NCBI GenBank assembly: GCA_963674705.1
Contig: OY771506.1
Span: forward strand, 3,808,001-3,872,000
DNA length: 64,000 bases
Origin: Phycisphaeraceae bacterium
Lineage (GTDB): Bacteria; Planctomycetota; Phycisphaerae; Phycisphaerales; Phycisphaeraceae
Direction of reading: 5' to 3'
Shown here: positions 10,455 to 19,230 of the stretch, piece after piece
How positions within the stretch are numbered: the first letter of the stretch is position 1
Layout of the letters: each line of letters starts with the position of its first letter
Position numbers and translations under genes: made by a program
The notes under the pieces: generated by a model
The model's input: the letters and a program-made list of their open reading frames with translations, nothing else
Told to the model about the DNA's origin: nothing
Database searches by the model: none

Positions 10455-11882
10455 TCAGAGTGTCATTAACGACATCAACGTTTCCACATCCGGCTGGTTT
10501 TCGATATCCATGATGTGTTCGCCGATCTTCTTACATCGCTCTTCGCCGACCACGTCCTTGCCGAGAGCAGTAAGTTTGACGCTGATTTCCTCGGCGGTCA
10601 TTGGATCGCGCGGGTCACCCTTCGGCACATCCACGCGTGTAAAGAAGCTTTTGCCGTCCTTGAGCGTCAGTGTTACCCGGCTCGGTTGATATTCGGGGAA
10701 CAACGATTCGAATTCTTCATTCGGTACAACCTTTACCATGTCCATCACCGGGATCAGCGACTTATCGTCGATGCGTTCCTGCTGGAACTGTAGCGGGGTG
10801 ACCATGCCATCTATCAAGCCGACTGCCATACAGTAGGGCAGCGAGTGGTCGGCGGTTTCCTTGCCGGTGGGGCGGTACTTGTGCGGATCACCCAGGATGT
10901 CCGCTGCGCGTGCAATCACTTCGACCTTGATCTCAGCAACATCATCAGGGCTGAGATTGTTTTCCTTCACACACTTCATCATCGCGGTCAGTGGCGCGTG
11001 GCTGAGCGCTTCGATCGGGAAGGATTTGAAGCCGCAATCCAAGATGCGGTAATGATCGCTCGGCGACTTCGGCAGGTCTTTAATCATGCCGTCCGCGTCG
11101 AACGTGCAAGGCTTCCCGCCACTGACAGAATGCCCGAACACATGGAACAGACCTTCCTTGCCGTCATAGATATGCTCCGGCCCGGTGTAACCGAGTTTCG
11201 CGAGGAAGGCGGACTCAAGGCCGACGCGCGTCGCCCAGGGGTCGACCGTGTTCTTCATGTTTGTAAGTTTGCCCGCTGTGACAGCGCCAAGCGAGCCAGT
11301 ACGGCTGGCACTGATACCGACCGCGTTGACCATTTCATCGACCGTCAAGTTCAGCAGACGCCCGGGGCCGTAAGCTGCAGCGAAACCGGTCAGCGTCGCG
11401 TGATGCCAGCCGTATTCGCGTATGCCCGGACGACCGATTTCAACCAGTCGCATCTCGACTTCATAAGCGATGACGGACGCGAGGATCAGGTCTTTACCTG
11501 AAAGCTGATTCGCCTGACAAACCGCGAGCGGTCCTGAGAGCAGGTCGCTCGGGTGGGATGGGTCCGCCTTCCAGTAGATGTCGTTGTAATCCATCGACCG
11601 GATCATGTGGCCGTTCAGGAACGCGGCATCGACGGGATTGGTTCTGAATCCACTGACAAAGCAGCTACAACCGCCCCCGATTTCACGCATCAATATCTGG
11701 TGATGCATCAACAGGATCTTCGCATCTTCCTGTTGGCTACCCCCCAGCGCACAACCCAATGAATCAAACCAGAACAGCTTCGCCCGTTCGATCGCCTCGG
11801 GGCTCAGGTCTTCGTATTTCAGGTTGCATGCCCACTCGGCCAGGTCGTAGCTGATAAAGTCTTTGGTTTTGAATGAACCCAT
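10455..11882 (-). CDS. MmgE/PrpD family dehydratase
   Basis: DSLGCALGG, RSMDYND, SHPSD, GWHHAT, GYTGP, ETADHSLPY, PKGDPRDP. Confidence 0.9.
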   Translation of the reverse strand: MGSFKTKDFISYDLAEWACNLKYEDLSPEAIERAKLFWFDSLGCALGGSQQEDAKILLMHHQILMREIGGGCSCFVSGFRTNPVDAAFLNGHMIRSMDYNDIYWKADPSHPSDLLSGPLAVCQANQLSGKDLILASVIAYEVEMRLVEIGRPGIREYGWHHATLTGFAAAYGPGRLLNLTVDEMVNAVGISASRTGSLGAVTAGKLTNMKNTVDPWATRVGLESAFLAKLGYTGPEHIYDGKEGLFHVFGHSVSGGKPCTFDADGMIKDLPKSPSDHYRILDCGFKSFPIEALSHAPLTAMMKCVKENNLSPDDVAEIKVEVIARAADILGDPHKYRPTGKETADHSLPYCMAVGLIDGMVTPLQFQQERIDDKSLIPVMDMVKVVPNEEFESLFPEYQPSRVTLTLKDGKSFFTRVDVPKGDPRDPMTAEEISVKLTALGKDVVGEERCKKIGEHIMDIENQPDVETLMSLMTL

Positions 11883-11894
11883 GATTCCGCTCCT

Positions 11895-11920
11895 CTTCGC
11901 GCTGTTCGCGCCTTCGCGGT
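11895..11920. repeat. (cgcgaag)n-type repeat
   Basis: Its reverse complement accgcgaaggcgcgaacagcgcgaag matches 44791-44816 with one mismatch. Confidence 0.75.
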
Positions 11921-11929
11921 TAACTCCAA

Positions 11930-13045
11930 TTACACGTGTCTTGCCACTTCCTCTGCTACTTCCAGCGTTGTGTTATTCAACCCGACGTCATACGTGCCGA
12001 CCTTGTGCTCCTTGATCACCTTAGCGATCGCGGCTTCGAGACGCTCTGCCATATCATCTTCACTCAGCCAGTCGAACATCAGCTTGCAGGTCAGAAGCAT
12101 CGCCATCGGGTTGACCTTGTACATGCCGTCGTACTTCGGAGCGGAGCCGTGCGTCGGCTCGAAGACGGCATAGTCGTCACCGATGTTTGCTGCCGAGGCA
12201 AAGCCTAGCCCGCCGACGAGCCCCGCACAGAGGTCGGAAATGATGTCGCCGAACATATTCTCTGCAACCAGCACGTCATACGTGTGCGGATTCTTGATCA
12301 TCCACATGCAGATTGCGTCGATGTTGGCTTCCCAGAGCGGGATGTCATAATTCTTGGCAACTTCACGGGCGACGCGTGTCATCAAGCCACCGGTTTCACG
12401 CAAAACATTTGGCTTTTCGACCAGCGTCACGCTTTTACGCCCATGCGTCTTGGCATATTCATACGCTTGAGTGACGATGCTCTCGCAACCCTGCTTACTC
12501 ATGATGCGGGTCGATAGCGCGACATTCTCAAGCCCCTTTTCTTTCCACTTCACCATCTTGGGATTCACGCACATGGCATCGTAAACCTTCTCCGGCAGTG
12601 GGAACCACTCGACACCGCCGTACATGCCTTCGGTGTTCTCACGGAAAACAACCAGGTCGATATCGTCACGGTAGTTCAGCGGGTTGCCGGGATAGGCCTT
12701 GCACGGGCGGAGGTTCGTGTGCAGGTTGAATAGTTGGCGTAGCTTTACAATCGGGCTGAAGTAGACCAAGCCCTTGTCCTTCAGTTCCGGCGCCAGTTCA
12801 TCGTTCGCTTCATCACGCGGCTTGCTGGTGATCGCGCCGAACAAAGCACAATCGGTCTGCTTGAGGATATCGATCGTGCGGTCGGGCAGGGGGTTGCCTT
12901 CCTTGCACCAGAATTCCCAGCCGATGTCAGCAGGGATGTACTCGGCGTCGAACTTCATCGCGTCCAGCACGATCCGTGCCGCTTCCATGACGTCCTTGCC
13001 CACGCCGTCGCCCGTCATCCATGCGATCTTGTACTTCGCCATCAT
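11930..13045 (-). CDS. Isocitrate/isopropylmalate dehydrogenase family; homoisocitrate dehydrogenase-like
   Basis: GDGVG, YFSPIVKLR, RENTEG, KPNV, NMFGDIISD, FEPTHGSAPKY; start at MMAKYK. Confidence 0.85.
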   Translation of the reverse strand: MMAKYKIAWMTGDGVGKDVMEAARIVLDAMKFDAEYIPADIGWEFWCKEGNPLPDRTIDILKQTDCALFGAITSKPRDEANDELAPELKDKGLVYFSPIVKLRQLFNLHTNLRPCKAYPGNPLNYRDDIDLVVFRENTEGMYGGVEWFPLPEKVYDAMCVNPKMVKWKEKGLENVALSTRIMSKQGCESIVTQAYEYAKTHGRKSVTLVEKPNVLRETGGLMTRVAREVAKNYDIPLWEANIDAICMWMIKNPHTYDVLVAENMFGDIISDLCAGLVGGLGFASAANIGDDYAVFEPTHGSAPKYDGMYKVNPMAMLLTCKLMFDWLSEDDMAERLEAAIAKVIKEHKVGTYDVGLNNTTLEVAEEVARHV

Positions 13046-13079
13046 TGTTTCCTTGAATTGCAGGTTCCAAGTGTGTGAA

Positions 13080-15053
13080 TCAGTTAGAAATCTGTGATCG
13101 CGCCACGGCCTCAGCGCCGCCGGCGACAACCAGTTTTTGTGCCGTCGGGCTCAGTGCCGGGAACGGGAATGCTTTTTTGTCTACTCGCACAACCGATCCC
13201 TGGAAGTCGACCACGATCTTCGGCCCGACAATGGTTGGTTTTTCGTTGTCTGAAAGTGTTTCCGCTAGGTAATCGACCAGTTCCGTACATTCGATACAAA
13301 GGAAGCCGTTGTTGAACGCATTACGTCGGTATGTTTCGCTGTAACTTGCGGCGATCACGCAGGGCACACCTTTATACTTCAAGCATGTAGCCGCCTGTTC
13401 CCGGCTCGATCCTGTACCGAAGTTGCGCCCGCTGACGACGATGTCGCCGTCCTGGTAAATGCTGTTGAATTCGGGATCATAATTCTCGAACGCGACGTCT
13501 TTCATCTGTTGCGGCGTCATGTCGTCTTTGTATGTCCACTTGCCGGCGTAGATGCCGTCGGTGTTCATATTGTCCTTCGGCATGAAAAGTGCGCGTCCGC
13601 TGACTTCTGCTGGGAAGCCTTCAATGATCTTCGCACTTTTCGAGGCCGATGCAGCCGGTGTGTTGCGTTTGATATTACGTTTAGGTTCGGTCAGTTCATA
13701 ACCGGTCGGCGCACAGATATAGCCGGCCAACGCAGAAGCAGCGACGACAGCAGGCGATCCAAGATACACCTGGGAATCCGCGCTACCCATGCGTCCCTTG
13801 AAGTTCCGATTGGTCGCACTGATCGCGACCTCGCCCGGTTCAGTCGTACCTTCGCCAAGTCCGATGCAAGGCCCGCAGCCCGGCGGCAGGGGGGTCGCTC
13901 CCGCGTTGAGCAGAGCCTGCCAGATGCCGGCCACTTCAGCTTTATCCTGAATGTCGGACGATGCGGCGGCAACGTAGAACGAAACACCTTTTGCGATGCG
14001 TTTACCCTTAACGATCTCGGCCGCATCCCGCAGATCTTCCAGCCTCGCGTTGACACACGACAGCAGATACGCCTTTTGGATCGCTATTCTTTCCTGCTCG
14101 ATCACAGGCAGTGCATGCATCGTCTTGACTTCGTTCGGCCCACACACGTGCGGGATCACCGTACCCAGGTCCAGCTCGATCTCGACCGCGTACTCTGCAT
14201 CTTCATCTGCGACAAGTTTACCTTTCCACCAAGACTCGATCTCGGTGAAGTTATATCCGCCCAGGCTACCGTCACGCCGAATGCCCGGCCGCGTTACCGA
14301 GCCGAAGTATTGAACGCGGTCTTCAAGATAAAGCCGCAATACTTCATCGAACGGGAATACCCCCGCCAATGCGCCCCATTCCGTGGTCATATTCGCGATC
14401 GACATACGCTGGTCCATCGACAGGCATTCCACGCCCGGCCCGACGAACTCCACCGCATGATTCAATACTTCATCATTATTGAACAGACCGCAAAGCGCGA
14501 TGATGACATCTTTACCCACCACGCCGGGCTTGAGCCTGCCTTTCAATACACACTTGGCGACCTTCGGCACCTGCCACCACGTCTGCCCCGTCGCCCAGAT
14601 ACAAGCGGCATCTGTCCGTACGACCGGCGTCCCCAGCGCGCTGATAGCACCGTACAGGTTCGAGTGTGAATCGCTGCCCACGATCATGCTGCCCGGTATG
14701 ACATAACCTTGCTCCACCATCACCTGATGGCTGATCCCTGTCCCGGCGGGATAAAAGTCAATCTCGTGTTGATCGGCGTGCTTATGAATTTTCGCATACT
14801 TGCCGAGATTCTCAGGCGAGTGGTTCTGGATGTCGTGGTCGATCGCGAACACCGGCTGATGTGGGTCGGCGACCTTGGGCTCAACGCCTTCGGGAAAAAT
14901 GCTCTTGAACTTCGGGATCACCGCGCCGGTGTTGTCATGCGTCATCACATGCTTGGGTCTGATCGTAACGATCGATCCTTGCGTCGCCGACTCACCAGCC
15001 TCTAAGCCTACGGCATAGCGTGTCGCTATTTTTTCAACCAGTGTCAGACCCAT
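13080..15053 (-). CDS. lysF: Homoaconitase, single-chain (fungal Lys4/LysF-like)
   Basis: MTHDN, DHDIQN, GSDSHSN, SCVN and GCGPCIG (three 4Fe-4S Cys), TNRNFKGRMG, fused swivel domain NFGTGSSREQA. Confidence 0.8.
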   Translation of the reverse strand: MGLTLVEKIATRYAVGLEAGESATQGSIVTIRPKHVMTHDNTGAVIPKFKSIFPEGVEPKVADPHQPVFAIDHDIQNHSPENLGKYAKIHKHADQHEIDFYPAGTGISHQVMVEQGYVIPGSMIVGSDSHSNLYGAISALGTPVVRTDAACIWATGQTWWQVPKVAKCVLKGRLKPGVVGKDVIIALCGLFNNDEVLNHAVEFVGPGVECLSMDQRMSIANMTTEWGALAGVFPFDEVLRLYLEDRVQYFGSVTRPGIRRDGSLGGYNFTEIESWWKGKLVADEDAEYAVEIELDLGTVIPHVCGPNEVKTMHALPVIEQERIAIQKAYLLSCVNARLEDLRDAAEIVKGKRIAKGVSFYVAAASSDIQDKAEVAGIWQALLNAGATPLPPGCGPCIGLGEGTTEPGEVAISATNRNFKGRMGSADSQVYLGSPAVVAASALAGYICAPTGYELTEPKRNIKRNTPAASASKSAKIIEGFPAEVSGRALFMPKDNMNTDGIYAGKWTYKDDMTPQQMKDVAFENYDPEFNSIYQDGDIVVSGRNFGTGSSREQAATCLKYKGVPCVIAASYSETYRRNAFNNGFLCIECTELVDYLAETLSDNEKPTIVGPKIVVDFQGSVVRVDKKAFPFPALSPTAQKLVVAGGAEAVARSQISN

Positions 15054-15096
15054 AGGGTTCCCGTCCTAAATGAAGTGTGTGACTCCAGGCCCCGAT

Positions 15097-15675
15097 TTAT
15101 TTAATCGGATGCTTACCAAGATACTTCGCGATATCGAAGTCGACGAAGTCCGCGTGATGGAAGATGATCGATTCGATGGTGCGTTCGACCTTATCCCCTT
15201 CGTGGCTATGGGTCGCGACGATGTGCATGACTTCGGCCGGGATGCCGTGCTTATAGCACATCGCGACACCGCTGAACGGATGCCGCAGCATGTCACCGAA
15301 GTGACCCTTGATAAGATTGCCATCCTTATCACGATCGAACTCCAGGGGCTTGCCCACGTCCGCGAGCATCGCGCCGGCGATCAGAATATCCTTGTTCACG
15401 GGTATCTTGCCTTTGTAGATCGTCAAAAGCGTGTCCGCGATCACGATACACTGGCGGATGCATGAGTTGAGGTGTTCGATAAATCGCAAATCGATGTCAC
15501 CTGCCAGCAATGTGAAGGGGATTGCTTTGAGTTCTTCGAACCTCCAACCCTTCCCACCAGCGCCGGTTTCGATCGCCTCGGACCACACGGCCGCGACTTT
15601 CTCTTGCAAGCTCTTATCTGTGATCTGATGAATATCGGGGAATAAGTCCGCGATCTGGTCGACTGTGTATGGCAT
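15097..15675 (-). CDS. HD/HDIG-domain protein with degenerate HD motif
   Basis: IEH...LADVGK (HD position reads AD), HPFSG, ATHSHEG, HHADFVD. Confidence 0.75.
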   Translation of the reverse strand: MPYTVDQIADLFPDIHQITDKSLQEKVAAVWSEAIETGAGGKGWRFEELKAIPFTLLAGDIDLRFIEHLNSCIRQCIVIADTLLTIYKGKIPVNKDILIAGAMLADVGKPLEFDRDKDGNLIKGHFGDMLRHPFSGVAMCYKHGIPAEVMHIVATHSHEGDKVERTIESIIFHHADFVDFDIAKYLGKHPIK

Positions 15676-15686
15676 CGATTGTCTCC

Positions 15687-16469
15687 TTACAACGTCCGCG
15701 CCTCGGGACCATCATAACTATGATCGACCGGATCGATCTTACGCATCCGTTTTTCGCGTGTCTGCTCCTCGACCACATGGGCGACCAGGCCCGGGGTCCG
15801 TGCTATCATGAATAGACCATTCATCACGGCCGGATCGAACCCGAGTTGCGCCAGGACCGCCCCGATCGCGCCGTCCACATTGATCGGCAGTTTCTTGCCC
15901 GAGTCGGCAAAAACCTGCTCGACCGCCTTGGCCGCGTCGATGTACAGCCCGTTTACGCCTGCCTGCTCGGTCAGCTCGAACAAACGGGCGGTGCGCGGGT
16001 CTGCCGTGTGGTAGCGGTGTCCGAAGCCGCTCATCCGCTCGCCGCGGTTTTTCATGTCTGCAAGCTCGCTACGAGCCGCATCTGACAGGGATTGTTTGTC
16101 GTTCTGGGACCGCTCGATGATCTTCTTCAATTGCAGGGCACAGTCCTGAATTGCCCCGCCGTGGGATTTGTTGATCGACATCACGCCCGCTGCGACGGAC
16201 TGGCTCAAGGCAGCGCCTGAACTCGCCACGGTCCGTGCCGCCAGAACGCTCGGGGGCGTGGCGCCGTGGTCGATGCTTGAGACCAGGATCGCGTCCATCA
16301 GCTTGCCGACTTCAGCGCTGGGTAATTCACCTCGCAGGATCAAATAGACGGCCTGACCAAATGTCACATTGCCCATCAGTTCGGCGATGTTATAGCCGCG
16401 GACCGCGACACGGTTCGGCTTGATCTCGGTGACGGCTGTCTTCCACGCATTGGGATTCGATTCACTCAT
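15687..16469 (-). CDS. Citryl-CoA lyase-like protein (short citrate synthase family)
   Basis: 260 aa; WKTAVT, DHGATPPS, HGGA, GFGHRYHTADPR, INVDGAI. Confidence 0.85.
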   Translation of the reverse strand: MSESNPNAWKTAVTEIKPNRVAVRGYNIAELMGNVTFGQAVYLILRGELPSAEVGKLMDAILVSSIDHGATPPSVLAARTVASSGAALSQSVAAGVMSINKSHGGAIQDCALQLKKIIERSQNDKQSLSDAARSELADMKNRGERMSGFGHRYHTADPRTARLFELTEQAGVNGLYIDAAKAVEQVFADSGKKLPINVDGAIGAVLAQLGFDPAVMNGLFMIARTPGLVAHVVEEQTREKRMRKIDPVDHSYDGPEARTL

Positions 16470-16481
16470 CTCAAGCCTTTC

Positions 16482-17396
16482 TCAGTTGGAGCCGATCGCT
16501 TTGAGTGCGGCCTCGGGCAGGTCGCCGAAACTGGTTACCACGGTCGCGCCGGCTTCGGTCAAAGCCTTGACCTTGCCGTCGTGCGTGCCTTTACCGCCCT
16601 CGATAATCGCACCGGCATGGCTGAATCGCGTGCCTTCCTTTGCCGCCTTCCCGCCGATGTATGCAACGACAGGCTTAGTCACCCGGCCTTCTTTCATCAG
16701 CGCCGCAAGGTCTTCTTCCTGTGACCCACCGATTTCTCCGAAGATCACGATCGCTTCGGTGTCCGGATCGTCCTGGAACATCAACGCGACATCGGGGAAT
16801 CGCAAGCCGAGTACCGAATCACCGCCGACGTGACAGATCGTGCTCAATCCGATCCCGACCTTGCCAAGGTAATACGCAGTGGATGAACTCATGCCGCCCG
16901 ATCGGCTGATCACGCCGACCTTGCCCGGTTTGAACCATGCCTTGGCGCTTTCCGCGCGTCCGCCGATCATACCGAGCACAGCTTTGCCCGGGCTGATGAT
17001 GCCCAGCGTGTTCGGTCCGACAAAATGCGCATCATGAGACTTGGCAACATCTGCGATCTGGATCGCATCCCAGACCGGTACACGGTCCGGCACGAGCACG
17101 ACGAGTTTGACGCCGGCTTCAAACGCTTCGATCGCCGCTGCTTTAACGAGCTTGGCTGGAACGAACACGACCGACACATCCGCCGGCCCGCCGTGTTTTC
17201 CCCTGCAAAATGCTTCTGCTTCCTTAACCGTATCAAAGACCGGCAAGCCTTCGACTTCCTGCCCGCCTTTCTTAGGCGTGCAACCGCCGACAACATTCGT
17301 GCCGTAACCGAGCATCAGTTTGGTACGTGCCTGGCCCTCTCGGCCGGTAATGCCCTGAACGATGACACGCTTCTTTTCGTCGATGAGTACTGCCAT
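16482..17396 (-). CDS. Acyl-CoA synthetase (ADP-forming) alpha subunit, SucD-like / citryl-CoA synthetase small subunit-like
   Basis: VQGITGREG, GPNTLG, SRSGG, GEIGG, phospho-His motif RFSHAGA. Confidence 0.85.
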   Translation of the reverse strand: MAVLIDEKKRVIVQGITGREGQARTKLMLGYGTNVVGGCTPKKGGQEVEGLPVFDTVKEAEAFCRGKHGGPADVSVVFVPAKLVKAAAIEAFEAGVKLVVLVPDRVPVWDAIQIADVAKSHDAHFVGPNTLGIISPGKAVLGMIGGRAESAKAWFKPGKVGVISRSGGMSSSTAYYLGKVGIGLSTICHVGGDSVLGLRFPDVALMFQDDPDTEAIVIFGEIGGSQEEDLAALMKEGRVTKPVVAYIGGKAAKEGTRFSHAGAIIEGGKGTHDGKVKALTEAGATVVTSFGDLPEAALKAIGSN

Positions 17397-17399
17397 GAT

Positions 17400-18950
17400 T
17401 CAGTTCCCTCCCCCGATTGTTGCAACCGCGCCGATAAGCTCATCCAGCCCCGGCACATCCAGTTCAACATAAACCACCGGCTTACCCGCACGACGCAACT
17501 CAATCTCGCAGGCAATAAATTCCGAATCCTTCCCGACCGCGTCCTCCTCACTGACAGCGAGAACAGGAACGCCGCCTTCATCCTTGAGCAGGCCTGATGA
17601 TTGTTCGATGACCAATTGCGTGGTCTTGGTATCGCATGAAGCGGAATCGATCCAGACTTTCCCGCCGTTGATGGGAATCGAAGTGCCTGTACCGACAAAC
17701 GCGGGTAACTTCGGATCGCGCGGCTGCCACAGCGCCGCATCAGATTCGGCGATCAACTCAGCAAAACGCTGCGAGATCATGCGAGGCGAATCATCCTTGC
17801 GATAGCCTTCGACCTTGGCGGGCAGGTCCTTGCAGGCATCTTCCAATACTTCAACCGCTCGGTCTTCACTGTTGCCACCGAGTCGAATCACTGCGGGGAT
17901 GTTCAGTTCCAGTTCGAGGAACGCCTTGGTTAAACCATACGCCGACCAGAACTGCTCCTGGCTGGCAACACCCGACCCGGAGCCGAAGTAGCCGACCAGG
18001 CCGGGTTGACTCAGGATGATTCTCGCTGCGCGGTAGACCTTCGCGGCCGAGGGATTGCCCGATGTATCCGTGAAGTTGGCGATCGTGAATCCTTCGCTCA
18101 TGATCGCATCCATCGACATCATCGAACCGCCGCCGCCCGCGCCATGGAAACCGACCAGGCCTTTTGAGCCTTCCGCCGCTTTGGTATTGAGCTGCGCGAA
18201 GTAGAACGTTCCGCGGTGGTCCGCTTGCTCGATCTCGTAAGCGATCCGCTCCAAGGCGGTGGGGGGGTGGTCCAGTTCACGCGCGATTTCGATCCCCAGT
18301 TCCGGATGCCGGAATACCGCGTAGTCGTCGATCGTCATCCGGCAGTCTGCCGCGATCACGCGACCATCCGTCGTCGTAACCAGCGGGTTGATTTCAAGCG
18401 AGCGTGCTTCGTATGTCTTCGCGACTTCGAACACGCCTTGCACTGATTTGGCGACTTGGTCATGCAGCTTCGCATTGATTTCGGATGCTGCGATTAATGC
18501 TTTCAGCTTCGCCTCATCCGGTCCGGCCTTCGGATCGCACGCTAACCGATGCACCTGCCCGGCGCGCTGCTCGATCCCCGATCCGCCGACCAGTGAAAGC
18601 AGGATCATCGGCGCCCTTGCCGCATCATCCAGCGCCAGTGAGACGAACAGCTCCTGATCGATCGGCACCAGTTCCTCGACCAGCACCTCCGTCACCGGGA
18701 AGTTGCCGACCGTCATCGCCAGAAGTCGTTTGGCTTCGTCCTCGACCTGCTGGGGTGTGTCCGCAAAGACAACCCCCCCCATCGCCTTTCGGCCGGTGGT
18801 CCAGGCCTGGATTTTGATGACGACCGATCCACCCAGTGATTCGGCGATCCGGGCAGCTTCCGCGGGTGTTGAAGCGGGGCCTCCGCGTGGTATTTGAAAG
18901 CCGTGCTTGGCCAGCAAAGCTTTGGCCTGATACTCGTGAATACGTGCCAT
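17400..18950 (-). CDS. Acyl-CoA synthetase (ADP-forming) beta subunit, SucC-like ATP-grasp, with C-terminal extension
   Basis: IHEYQAKALL, GRKAMGGV, LEINPL, GAGGGGSM, ANFTDTSGNP, IRLGGN. Confidence 0.85.
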   Translation of the reverse strand: MARIHEYQAKALLAKHGFQIPRGGPASTPAEAARIAESLGGSVVIKIQAWTTGRKAMGGVVFADTPQQVEDEAKRLLAMTVGNFPVTEVLVEELVPIDQELFVSLALDDAARAPMILLSLVGGSGIEQRAGQVHRLACDPKAGPDEAKLKALIAASEINAKLHDQVAKSVQGVFEVAKTYEARSLEINPLVTTTDGRVIAADCRMTIDDYAVFRHPELGIEIARELDHPPTALERIAYEIEQADHRGTFYFAQLNTKAAEGSKGLVGFHGAGGGGSMMSMDAIMSEGFTIANFTDTSGNPSAAKVYRAARIILSQPGLVGYFGSGSGVASQEQFWSAYGLTKAFLELELNIPAVIRLGGNSEDRAVEVLEDACKDLPAKVEGYRKDDSPRMISQRFAELIAESDAALWQPRDPKLPAFVGTGTSIPINGGKVWIDSASCDTKTTQLVIEQSSGLLKDEGGVPVLAVSEEDAVGKDSEFIACEIELRRAGKPVVYVELDVPGLDELIGAVATIGGGN

Positions 18951-19230
18951 AGACCATTCCCCAATAACTGGATTTCCGCGGCGGCCACTCCGTCGCAGGA
19001 CATATAATAACCATAATAACTCTCTTTACTAGGGCCCCAGAGCGACTTTTGTTATGAAATTGACGTGACTTAGTCGTTGCACGGAGCAGTCAGTGGGACA
19101 TAGGGCAAGTTTCCTTGTCTCGGGGAATTACCGGCCTTCAAATATGTGTATATTGGCGTCCCACCCGGCCTGCCGATGGATCGGTACTCGCCGCGTGTAT
19201 CTATCCTTACATCTACATAAGAGATTCGCC

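Noticed and set aside
13509..14669. Long antisense ORFs (also 19795-21012, 31096-31983, 59478-60590)
   Set aside because: Shadow frames of well-supported genes in GC-rich DNA, with no recognisable motifs
15687..18950. Proof of autotrophic reverse TCA cycle
   Set aside because: No 2-oxoglutarate or pyruvate synthase or fumarate reductase in the window, and the neighbouring enzymes are homoaconitase/homoisocitrate-type
16482..18950. Ordinary sucCD
   Set aside because: Altered acid-binding loop, long extension and coupling to a citryl-CoA lyase-like gene; gene symbols withheld
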